A DNA stretch of 64,000 nt from Spirochaetia bacterium (lineage in GTDB: Bacteria > Spirochaetota > Spirochaetia > UBA9216). The translations under genes and the position numbers were made by a program. Within the stretch, counting starts at the first letter, position 1. The number at the start of each line of letters is the position of its first letter. The DNA is taken from positions 1,408,001 to 1,472,000 of the forward strand of contig CAXXYH010000003.1 in assembly GCA_963677925.2 (NCBI GenBank). Direction: 5' to 3'. Of the stretch, positions 39,755 through 48,180 are shown piece after piece. The notes beneath the pieces were generated by a model. The model did no database searches and was not told the DNA's origin. It saw nothing but the letters and a program-made list of their open reading frames with translations.

Positions 39755-41221
39755 TTAAAATATAAATCCTGATATCAGAAACAGGATAGCCGAAAATCCG
39801 GCAGCGATAAACCCGTAAGGCATCTGTGTAAGAGCATGTTCATAATTGTCACAGCCTGTAGCTGCCGATGTAATCAGGGTTGCATCTGAATACAGGCAGA
39901 TATGACTTCCCCATACACCTGCGGAAAGAAGAGCTCCTACGGATAAAGCAGTATTTGCACCCAGCGCCATTGACAGAGGAATTACAATCGGAAGCGCAAT
40001 AATATAAAGTGTCCAGTTTGAACCAGTTAGAAATTCAGTAATACCGAAAACAAGAAAAATAATAAACGGCATCAGCTGCGGATTCATTATCTCTTTGGCA
40101 TTGTCGATAACGAACTGAATAAATCCAATTTGATCCAGCAGACCGCCGAATGTATAGCCAAGAGCAATGATGGCAAACATGAACATCATATTTTTAAAAC
40201 CATCCACCAGAAGAACCATGAACTCCTTAATTGTAATTATCTTCTGGGGGACATACAGAAAAAAGGCAAAAACTATCCCCACAGCAGATCCCATAAAAAG
40301 ATCCACATCAAAAAAGATGGTTGCTATTATCAGCACGATTATCGGAAGGAAGAAATTAATAATCCTTGGTTTATCGGGAATATTCAGTTTCTCGTCTCCG
40401 CGAAGATCTATCTTTTCGGAGCCGGGAGGAGCAAGAACTCCTGTTGTCTGTGCCCTTTCCTCAGCTCGTTTCATCCTGCCGATCACGGGCACAACGCCAA
40501 GAATTACCAGTGGGACAATCAATACAGCAGACCAGGCATAAAAGTTATAAGGAAGGGTTTTTATAAAATAAAGCATTCCCTGACCTTCGGGTGCCCACTC
40601 GTTTGCTTCCAGCAGATTTGCAGCAAATGCTGCCCAGGTAGATATAGGGATGAGTACGGAAACCGGAGCCGCGGTTGAATCTACAATATATGAAAGCATT
40701 TCTCTGGATACTTTGTGCTTATCTGTTGCTTTAGGCATGCTTGATCCTATAGTCAGTGCATTAAGATAGTCATCGAGAAAAACTACTACCCCCAGCAGCC
40801 ATGTCCAGAGAAGAACGCCCTTTCTTGTTTTTGCTTTTTTCGCAATCAAATTACCGAATGCGATTGCACCGCCCGATCTTTCAATAACAAGAACCAGTGC
40901 CGACATAAATCCGCAGACCAGGATTACCCAGACAAAGTCTTCATTCATCAGCGTGCCGAAGAACTGACCTACGTATTCAGTAAAGAATGCTCCCTTGAAA
41001 ATCATAAAACAGGCAAATAAACTGGCAATTATCAGACCAAGAATAATTTCATTAGTTAATAGAATAAATGCCATAACAAAGACAGGAGGCACTACACTAA
41101 ACCAGCCAAGATTATCACCTGACGGATTCAGGATAAAAAATAAAACAAGAATTACAGCCGTAGCAATCAACAATAATATTTTTAATAACTTTTTATTTTC
41201 GGAAATCTGTTTACCCAACAT
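39755..41221 (-). CDS. NhaC-family transporter (amino acid/amine-type subfamily)
   Basis: FLDDYLN, SREMLSYIVDSTAAP, PISTWA, TGSNW, GSHICLYSDAT. Confidence 0.9.
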   Translation of the reverse strand: MLGKQISENKKLLKILLLIATAVILVLFFILNPSGDNLGWFSVVPPVFVMAFILLTNEIILGLIIASLFACFMIFKGAFFTEYVGQFFGTLMNEDFVWVILVCGFMSALVLVIERSGGAIAFGNLIAKKAKTRKGVLLWTWLLGVVVFLDDYLNALTIGSSMPKATDKHKVSREMLSYIVDSTAAPVSVLIPISTWAAFAANLLEANEWAPEGQGMLYFIKTLPYNFYAWSAVLIVPLVILGVVPVIGRMKRAEERAQTTGVLAPPGSEKIDLRGDEKLNIPDKPRIINFFLPIIVLIIATIFFDVDLFMGSAVGIVFAFFLYVPQKIITIKEFMVLLVDGFKNMMFMFAIIALGYTFGGLLDQIGFIQFVIDNAKEIMNPQLMPFIIFLVFGITEFLTGSNWTLYIIALPIVIPLSMALGANTALSVGALLSAGVWGSHICLYSDATLITSAATGCDNYEHALTQMPYGFIAAGFSAILFLISGFIF

Positions 41222-41289
41222 CTCTTATTCTCCTTTACAATATTTTATTTACAGTCTTCAGGGTATATCTCTATCACCTCCTTTAGAGC

Positions 41290-41330
41290 AAAAAAAAGAC
41301 CGATGCAAAATACAAATTTTGCATCGGTCT
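41290..41330 (-). terminator. Intrinsic terminator within the 5' leader of the NhaC-family gene
   Basis: Perfect 15-bp stem AGACCGATGCAAAAT-TTGT-ATTTTGCATCGGTCT plus U-tract. Confidence 0.92.
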
Positions 41331-41447
41331 ATTAAAAGCTATCAGCTATCTCTTTTAATCAATTCCGATAATAACGAGTAATAATTTTACTGCGTCCGAT
41401 TCTCCTGAAGCACGGAAACATCCCGTCAGCAGAAGCTCGTCGAACCC
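41290..41447 (-). ncRNA. Riboswitch-like cis-regulatory leader RNA with terminator/antiterminator
   Basis: Own promoter; nested stems GACGAG/CTCGTT, CTGC/GCAG, ACGGGA/TTCCGT; alternative stem TATCGG..ATTAAAAG/CTTTTAAT..CCGATG overlapping the terminator arm. Confidence 0.7.
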
Positions 41448-41451
41448 TGAA

Positions 41452-41480
41452 AGTATATCATACCTTCGGAAAACGGACAA
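41452..41480 (-). promoter_or_regulatory. sigma70 promoter (extended -10) for the leader RNA
   Basis: TTGTCC (41480-41475), 17 bp, TG-a-TATACT (41457-41452). Confidence 0.75.
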
Positions 41481-41545
41481 GAATTATCCGAAGGCAGTTA
41501 AATCTGGTACTATTAAATAAAAAAAATATATAAAATCTTTACTCT

Positions 41546-42295
41546 TCAGCCTGTTAAGTATGTGAGAGTCAAAAAATCAGTATCCGCAACCGGATTAACC
41601 TCAATATCTTTTAATTTTACTTTCATTCCGATGTGTCTGGAAACAAGTTCTTCTATCTCCTGCTTGAGGATGTTATAGAATATCATTCTGTTCTGCTCTA
41701 CAATAGAGGCGTTTCGGCCTGAACGGAGAAGGGTTTTTTCAAAAACTGTCTGGACATTCAGACATCTAATTTCCAGCTGTTCCTGACCAATAAAAACGAC
41801 AATATCCCTGGGACCTTTTCCTGAATGCTTTTTTATTAAATTCATGAATTGAAATTTTATGGTTTTCTCTATTTCCTTCTTCTCCACTCCATTCAAATGA
41901 AGAACATTCCCTGTATTTTCCAATACAGATTCAGCAAAACGTTCAAGAGCCTCTTCAAGTTCCATCAATTCAATCGGTTTTATAATATATTTACTTATTC
42001 CAATATCAACGGTTTTTATAATGGAAGGAGCATCACTTAGCGCCGAAGTAATTATGACAGGATTTTGAAAGCCCGATTTCCTTACTTCTTCTATAAACTC
42101 AATCCCTCCCATATCAGGGATTACCAAATCTGTTAAAATAATATCAGGATTATATTTAAAGAACTTATCCAAAGCTTCCTTACCATTTGTTGCTGTAATA
42201 ACTTTGGTGAATCTTCTCTTTAAAAACACTGTCAGAGGTTCAAGAGTATCAACTTCATCCTCTATATATAAAATTCTCAAGTTATAATGCATCAT
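41546..42295 (-). CDS. Response regulator with REC plus DUF2294 (MpsC-like) C-terminal domain
   Basis: ILYIEDE, TDLVIPDMGG, TSA, IIKP. C-terminal IKKHSGKGPRDI...QTVFEKTLL...VEQNR resembles DUF2294; no HTH. Confidence 0.82.
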   Translation of the reverse strand: MMHYNLRILYIEDEVDTLEPLTVFLKRRFTKVITATNGKEALDKFFKYNPDIILTDLVIPDMGGIEFIEEVRKSGFQNPVIITSALSDAPSIIKTVDIGISKYIIKPIELMELEEALERFAESVLENTGNVLHLNGVEKKEIEKTIKFQFMNLIKKHSGKGPRDIVVFIGQEQLEIRCLNVQTVFEKTLLRSGRNASIVEQNRMIFYNILKQEIEELVSRHIGMKVKLKDIEVNPVADTDFLTLTYLTG

Positions 42296-44444
42296 GGTCT
42301 TTATCACTCTTATATACCGGTAAAATTATTCGGCACAATACACCTGTATTTACATTCTCAAAAGAAATACTTCCGTTTAAATGTTCTTCCACTATTATCC
42401 GTGACATATACAATCCAATTCCGGTACCGCCTCCGCCCGTTTTGGTGGTAAAGTATGGTGTGAATATATTTTCCAATATTTCTGATGGAATTCCAGGTCC
42501 GTTGTTCATTACCAAAACAGTAACCTTGGCGCCGCATTCAATTTCAATTTTTATATTCCTCTTATTCCTTGGGTTTTCCAGAAGTGCATCCTTCGAATTA
42601 TAAAGAATATTCGATATAACCTGAGAAAACTCATTGGAGCAACCCCAAACTTCTGCATCAGATTTCATATCGATTGAGATCTTTATATTTTCTATATTAA
42701 AGCTGTCTTCAATTAATTCTTTAGTAAAGAGAATATTCTTGTATACAGAGAAAATCTCTTTCTCGGCAGAAGGGCTAAGAAAATTTCTAAAGTTATCAAT
42801 TGTTTGAGACATCCTGATAATGATTTTCCTTGATTTGTCTATAACTTTACTAAGATAAGCCCCGTCAAAATTTCCATAAAAGTAAGAATCTTCAAGTTCC
42901 GATAATATAATCGAAAGACTGTTTAATGGCTGCCGCCACTGATGTGCTATATTGCCTATCATCTGTCCCAGCTTTGCCTGCCGTGACTGATAGATCATTA
43001 CAGCATCCCTCTGCCTGTTCAACTTCAATTCTTCGGAAACAAGATCTTCAAGCTTCAAATTCAACTGTTCAAGTTTATCAACAGATTCCTTCAGATTCTC
43101 ATCAACCAGTTGTTTCTCGCCGGTAATTCTCTCAATTGCCTCTGCAGCCTGAACGGCTGCATTTTGTGTCCTGTCGAATATTTTTTCAAGAAGAATATCC
43201 TTTGCTCCGATTCCGCCGGTAATTTCGAATTCTTCGATCATGTCGCTGATGATCGTCTGCATTGCGAACACTGAACGAAAAAATGCACCTAAATCATCAT
43301 CCCTGTTTCTAAGCGTTTCAGGAAAGGCATGAGTAAAATCACCTCTCTCAATAATCTTCAACTGCTGGGCTGCACTATCTATGGTTTTTGACAGTTTGTT
43401 TGAGAACAGATAGGCAGTCGAAATTGCAAGAATTATGCTTAACAGTGTAAAGAAGATAATGTATGCTGCAAGCTTGTCTATCGGTCTGTAAATTTCCGCT
43501 CTTGGGGGAATAATTACAAGAATCCAGTCATTAGACAGTTTACAGTAGCCCAGAATCTCATCTTTATCTTCACCCCTGTATTCTACTACTCCGGACCTGG
43601 AATTGAGGTTTGATGTTTCAAGGAATTTAAACATACCGTTTTTAAACTGATTTATCTCAACAGTCTCTGAGGAGTCGGGATCAACAAGCACTTTGCTGCC
43701 GTCTTCATTTAATAGAAATGCATAACCGGTTTTAAAAACTTCCATATTCTGAATAGTTTTTAATATATACTCAAAGTTTATATCGATTCCAACAACACCG
43801 ACAACAGAATCTTCAATTATTACTGGCACTACGTATGAAATAATTTTTATATCAAGCCCTATTTCAGAATAAGGTTCAAACCATATCGGCCGTTTGGAAT
43901 TCATTGTTTCATAAAGATATTTCATACCCTCATTTTCAGTATCCATAAAATAGTTCTTGGAAGGATAGTCTGAGTACAGATCCGGATTATCTATCGTGTA
44001 CCTGCTAATAAGCTCTGTAGTTATTTTATACAGATTCCCGTCACCCGTAATATCCGCAAACCAGATTTCTTCGGGCTCTGCAGTCATATACGGATTAAAA
44101 GTAATATAGACGCCTTCAGGTTCTTTGTAGTTGGAGAGCATATTCTCCAATATTTTCTCCAGTTCCATTTTATATCCGATAAGATAATCAGGATCTACTA
44201 TAAACTCGTTCATATTGAAACCTGATTTTACTATTGCCTGCAGCGCATCTACATAACTTTCAGTTCTTTTGAGGTTCTGGCTGAACTCATTTGCATAACT
44301 TCTGGCCATATATACAAGATTGTTTGATGATTCATGTTTTATATAGCCGGCACTCTGGCGCAGACTAAATCCTCCTACCAGAGTAGAAGTCAGGACAGCA
44401 CATCCTACGATTATACTCATTATCCTGGAACTGACTTTTTTCAC
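42282..44444 (-). CDS. Sensor histidine kinase (Cache-HAMP-HisKA-HATPase)
   Basis: Two TM helices, Cache motifs WFEPY/VGVVGID, H-box IAHQWRQPL, NNGPGI, FTPYFTTK, GTGIGL. Confidence 0.93.
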   Translation of the reverse strand: MKKVSSRIMSIIVGCAVLTSTLVGGFSLRQSAGYIKHESSNNLVYMARSYANEFSQNLKRTESYVDALQAIVKSGFNMNEFIVDPDYLIGYKMELEKILENMLSNYKEPEGVYITFNPYMTAEPEEIWFADITGDGNLYKITTELISRYTIDNPDLYSDYPSKNYFMDTENEGMKYLYETMNSKRPIWFEPYSEIGLDIKIISYVVPVIIEDSVVGVVGIDINFEYILKTIQNMEVFKTGYAFLLNEDGSKVLVDPDSSETVEINQFKNGMFKFLETSNLNSRSGVVEYRGEDKDEILGYCKLSNDWILVIIPPRAEIYRPIDKLAAYIIFFTLLSIILAISTAYLFSNKLSKTIDSAAQQLKIIERGDFTHAFPETLRNRDDDLGAFFRSVFAMQTIISDMIEEFEITGGIGAKDILLEKIFDRTQNAAVQAAEAIERITGEKQLVDENLKESVDKLEQLNLKLEDLVSEELKLNRQRDAVMIYQSRQAKLGQMIGNIAHQWRQPLNSLSIILSELEDSYFYGNFDGAYLSKVIDKSRKIIIRMSQTIDNFRNFLSPSAEKEIFSVYKNILFTKELIEDSFNIENIKISIDMKSDAEVWGCSNEFSQVISNILYNSKDALLENPRNKRNIKIEIECGAKVTVLVMNNGPGIPSEILENIFTPYFTTKTGGGGTGIGLYMSRIIVEEHLNGSISFENVNTGVLCRIILPVYKSDKDHDAL

Positions 44445-44579
44445 ACTCTATCCCCGGTGGCTGCAGAATATGTTCCCTACATCGATATATAGCATGTTAC
44501 TATTATTAAGAAAAACTTTCGGAATGTCTGCATACATAAACTCTTCCTAGAGAAATATCAGAATCAAATTCATTATATA

Positions 44580-45545
44580 TTACTGATTGAAGATAGCGGA
44601 TATCCAGACATCAGCCAGAACCGGCCATAGAGCAACTTCTTTATTCATTCTTCTATTGTATAATTCAAAATTCAAGTTTTTAAAATATTCAACGATTTCA
44701 AAAGCCTTAGTACTGAGTGCAATCTCATTACGCTCGACTGCTTCTAATACCTTTTTAATCTGTGCTAGCGTATAATCATCACCCCAGCGTCCTGCCGCCC
44801 AGTCTTCATCAGCAAGCGATAACCCATGTTCTCCCTCGGAAAAAATATGAAGCGCCTGTTTAACTCCTGCTCTCCTGCAGGCCTCTGAAAACATAATACT
44901 GTTTTCAGGCGGAACAAGCTCATCCGCGGCTGTATGCCATAAAAAGCATGGCGGAGTATTTTGGGTTACATGTTTTTCCAGAGACATGTAATCAAGCATC
45001 TCAGGATCTGGATCTTCACCAAGCAGCGCAGTAAATGATTCAGCATGCCCGAGCTTTCCGCTGCTGATAACGGGATAGCAGAGTACAGAAGCATCAGGCC
45101 GGTTTGAAAAACTGCTGTAAGCCTCTTCAGTATCAGCAATATCATCAAAGTGAACAGATAAACCTGCGCACAGATGCCCTCCAGCCGAGAATCCGCAGAG
45201 AATTACTCCTGTATGATCAATTTTAAACTTGTCCGCATTCAGCCTGAGATACCTTACAGCCCTTGAGATATCCTTCAGAGGCTGCATTTTCAGAGGTGAT
45301 GTCAGAAGAGGGTTTGTTGTATAGCTTAGAACAAAGCAGTTATATCCCATTGAATAGAATTTAAGAGCCGTTATTTCCGCTTCAGTGGGAGAAACTGACA
45401 TATAGCCGCCGCCGGGAACGACCAGCATGCAGAGACGCTTTGACTCACCTTCATGAATATAGCTGACAATATTAGGTACAAAACCGAATGCAGCGGGATA
45501 ATTATATTCAGATTCAGCCCAAAGCCTGTAAACACCGGTTTCCAT
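44580..45545 (-). CDS. Alpha/beta hydrolase (carbohydrate acetyl/feruloyl esterase-like)
   Basis: PGGGY, GFSAGGH, RPDASVLCYPV, DELVP, GEHG. Confidence 0.9.
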   Translation of the reverse strand: METGVYRLWAESEYNYPAAFGFVPNIVSYIHEGESKRLCMLVVPGGGYMSVSPTEAEITALKFYSMGYNCFVLSYTTNPLLTSPLKMQPLKDISRAVRYLRLNADKFKIDHTGVILCGFSAGGHLCAGLSVHFDDIADTEEAYSSFSNRPDASVLCYPVISSGKLGHAESFTALLGEDPDPEMLDYMSLEKHVTQNTPPCFLWHTAADELVPPENSIMFSEACRRAGVKQALHIFSEGEHGLSLADEDWAAGRWGDDYTLAQIKKVLEAVERNEIALSTKAFEIVEYFKNLNFELYNRRMNKEVALWPVLADVWISAIFNQ

Positions 45546-45623
45546 CTTAACATTATAGATCTGAAAACCTTATCGATGTAGCGGAGATTATTGATATATG
45601 TGTTCAAAAATTGATATTCAGGT

Positions 45624-45670
45624 AAAAAAATACCCATGGAAAGACCACTTGTCCAAAGCCCTTCCATGGG
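45624..45670 (-). terminator. Intrinsic terminator in a divergent intergenic region
   Basis: Minus strand CCCATGGAAGGGC...GTCTTTCCATGGG followed by TATTTTTTT. Confidence 0.7.
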
Positions 45671-45778
45671 GGAAGTGAACCTGTTACCAGGTTAAATAGT
45701 ATGATGTACACAATATAGTCTCTAAATGTGTGAATTCTGTGAACAAAATCTGTATATTATTTGTAGAAAGGAAATAAT

Positions 45779-46165
45779 ATGTTAAAAGGAATACATCACG
45801 CAGCAGTTATCTGCTCTGACTATGAAAAATCAAAAAACTTTTATGTAAATATACTCGGCCTGGAGGTAATTGCTGAAAACTACAGAGAAAAAAGGGATTC
45901 ATACAAGCTGGATCTTAAACTGCCGGATAATACACAGATTGAATTGTTTTCTTTTCCTGACTCACCGGCACGACCAAGCTATCCTGAAGCAAGGGGATTA
46001 AGGCATCTGGCATTTACTGTGGAATCTGTGGAAGAATCATCAGCATATCTGATTGAAAACGGTATAGAGGTTGAAGGCATACGCATTGATGAGTATACCG
46101 GAAAAAAGTTTACCTTTTTCAAAGACCCTGATGATCTTCCGCTGGAAATTTATGAGTTGCGGTGA
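45779..46165 (+). CDS. VOC/glyoxalase family protein (YaeR-like)
   Basis: IHHAAVICSDY, QIELFSFP, RPSYPEARGLRHLAF, FFKDPDDLPLE. Confidence 0.93.
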   Translation: MLKGIHHAAVICSDYEKSKNFYVNILGLEVIAENYREKRDSYKLDLKLPDNTQIELFSFPDSPARPSYPEARGLRHLAFTVESVEESSAYLIENGIEVEGIRIDEYTGKKFTFFKDPDDLPLEIYELR

Positions 46166-46240
46166 GACTTAATTACCGCAGGGGTAAACGGCAGCCGGCA
46201 GAGACTGTATAGATGCCGCGCTGATTCCGATAAAATAAAC

Positions 46241-47077
46241 TTATAAAGTCCCACGCAGTCTCGGATCAAGTGCATCACGCAGACCGTCCCCGATAAAGTT
46301 AAGAGACATTACCAGCATAACTATGCATATTCCAGGTGAAACTGCCAGTATGGGAGCGTTCATAAGGTAGCTCTTGCCATCGCTTATCATCCCGCCCCAG
46401 GTAGCTGTCGGAGGTGTTATCCCGAGTCCGAGAAAACTCATTCCGGCCTCTGCAAGTATAGTAAAACCAACAGTCTGCATCATCATTATCAGCATAGGAG
46501 ACAGAGAATTATGCAGAACATGCTTGAAGATTATTCTCCAGCTGTTAGAGCCGATTACCTTCTGTGCAAGAATGTAATCCATTTCCTTGACACTTAATAC
46601 CTGAGCCCTCATAAGTCTTACATACCCGGGAATTGCAGTAACTCCTAAAATTATAGTCAGGTTCAAAACACCTCCGCCCAGAACAGCGGACAGGGCAATG
46701 GCAAGTATTATCTGCGGAACCGACATTATCATTTCAATTATCCTCATGATTACCGCATCAATAATACCTCCGAAATATCCGGAGACCATTCCAAGCACTG
46801 CTCCGATCACAGAAGCAACACCTACAGCCAGAACACCTATTAGAAGCGAAATTCTTGCTCCGAAAATCAATCTGGAGAGGATATCTCTTCCGAATTTATC
46901 GGTACCCAGTAAATGCTGTGATGAAGGCGATTTAAGTATGTTATACAAATCCTGCTTATTCGGATCATTAGGTGCAATATAATTTGCAAATAGAGCGAAA
47001 ATAATAAACATAAGAATAATTGCAGAACTAACTACAACGACTTTTCTCTGGAACATTGTTTTAAGTATTTTGTTCAT
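46241..47077 (-). CDS. Dpp/Opp ABC permease C
   Basis: HLLGTDKFGRDILSRL, EAGMSFLGLG, GDGLRDALDPR. Confidence 0.95.
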   Translation of the reverse strand: MNKILKTMFQRKVVVVSSAIILMFIIFALFANYIAPNDPNKQDLYNILKSPSSQHLLGTDKFGRDILSRLIFGARISLLIGVLAVGVASVIGAVLGMVSGYFGGIIDAVIMRIIEMIMSVPQIILAIALSAVLGGGVLNLTIILGVTAIPGYVRLMRAQVLSVKEMDYILAQKVIGSNSWRIIFKHVLHNSLSPMLIMMMQTVGFTILAEAGMSFLGLGITPPTATWGGMISDGKSYLMNAPILAVSPGICIVMLVMSLNFIGDGLRDALDPRLRGTL

Positions 47078-47089
47078 CTATTCAGTCCC

Positions 47090-48037
47090 CTATCCGTTAA
47101 CTCTGATACGCGGATCAATATATCCGTAAAGCAGATCTACAATAAAATTTGATGTACAGAAAACAAGTGAAACAATAAGGACGCAGGCTTGCAGCATAAA
47201 AAAATCTTTTGAGGCAACACTGTAAATTATCAATTGCCCCAACCCCGGCAGCTGAAAGACACTCTCAATGAATACCGAAGTGCCTATCATAACTCCGATT
47301 TTCATTCCCATCAGAGTTACAATTGTTACCATTGTATTTTTAAGTGCATGACCATAGATAACGTTGATTTCCTTTAATCCCTTCGAACGAGCAGTTCTTA
47401 TATAATCCTGCCTGACAACTTCAAGCATACTGGATCGTGTCTGGCGGGTAATAACTGATAGGTTAACAATACCCAGACAAACAACGGGCAGGATAGTCTG
47501 TTTAATGCTTTCTCCAAAATCCTCCCAGGGCCAGACGAAACCGAAGGCCGGAAGAAGTCTCAGCTTTACACTGAAAATCAAAATCAGAACTATTCCCAGC
47601 CAGAACATAGGAGTACAGGTTCCTATATTTGCAATAGCTGTTACAAGTGTATCTTTCCATGTACCCTTATTCACCGCTGTAAATATTCCCAGAACAATCC
47701 CAACGAACGTACTTGTCAGAAGAGCAATTATTGTAAAATAAAATGTTACGGGAATTCTGCTGGCAATTATTTCTGCTACTGGTTTATTGAATTTAAAAGA
47801 CATACCAAAATCACCATGCAGCACATTCCATAGCCAGTTAATATATCTGACGATAAATGGTTTGTCCAAACCCATATAATTATACGTTTCTTCATATTGC
47901 TGTTTTGTTGCATTTTCGCCGATCACAGCCGAAACCGGATCTCCCGGTATCAAATAAAGCAATAAAAAAGAAAAGAAAGACACGAGCAGCAGTACAATTA
48001 CAGTTTGAACGACTCTCTTTCCAATAAACCCAATCAT
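47090..48037 (-). CDS. Dpp/Opp ABC permease B
   Basis: IPGDP, HGDFGMS, TRSSMLEV..QDYIRTARSKGL, DPRIR. Confidence 0.95.
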   Translation of the reverse strand: MIGFIGKRVVQTVIVLLLVSFFSFLLLYLIPGDPVSAVIGENATKQQYEETYNYMGLDKPFIVRYINWLWNVLHGDFGMSFKFNKPVAEIIASRIPVTFYFTIIALLTSTFVGIVLGIFTAVNKGTWKDTLVTAIANIGTCTPMFWLGIVLILIFSVKLRLLPAFGFVWPWEDFGESIKQTILPVVCLGIVNLSVITRQTRSSMLEVVRQDYIRTARSKGLKEINVIYGHALKNTMVTIVTLMGMKIGVMIGTSVFIESVFQLPGLGQLIIYSVASKDFFMLQACVLIVSLVFCTSNFIVDLLYGYIDPRIRVNG

Positions 48038-48127
48038 TATTACCTCCGCTTCTCCAATAACTGATTAATATAAAGTATTTAAATTAATCATTTTCACATT
48101 AAGAAATATTTACTTTTTGAAATTTCC

Positions 48128-48167
48128 TGCAATACAGCCCGCAGTGTTTAAGCCGCGGGGTATTGCA
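48128..48167 (-). terminator. Stem-loop after the binding-protein gene
   Basis: TGCAATAC..CCCGC...GCGGG.GTATTGCA imperfect inverted repeat. Confidence 0.55.
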
Positions 48168-48180
48168 ATTATAAGCTTAT

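Noticed and set aside
41340-41447. Assigning the leader to T-box, lysine, SAM-I, ykkC/guanidine or Na+ riboswitch classes
   Set aside because: Their hallmark sequences were not found by eye; only CAGGGUUC loosely resembles ykkC, and the rest does not.
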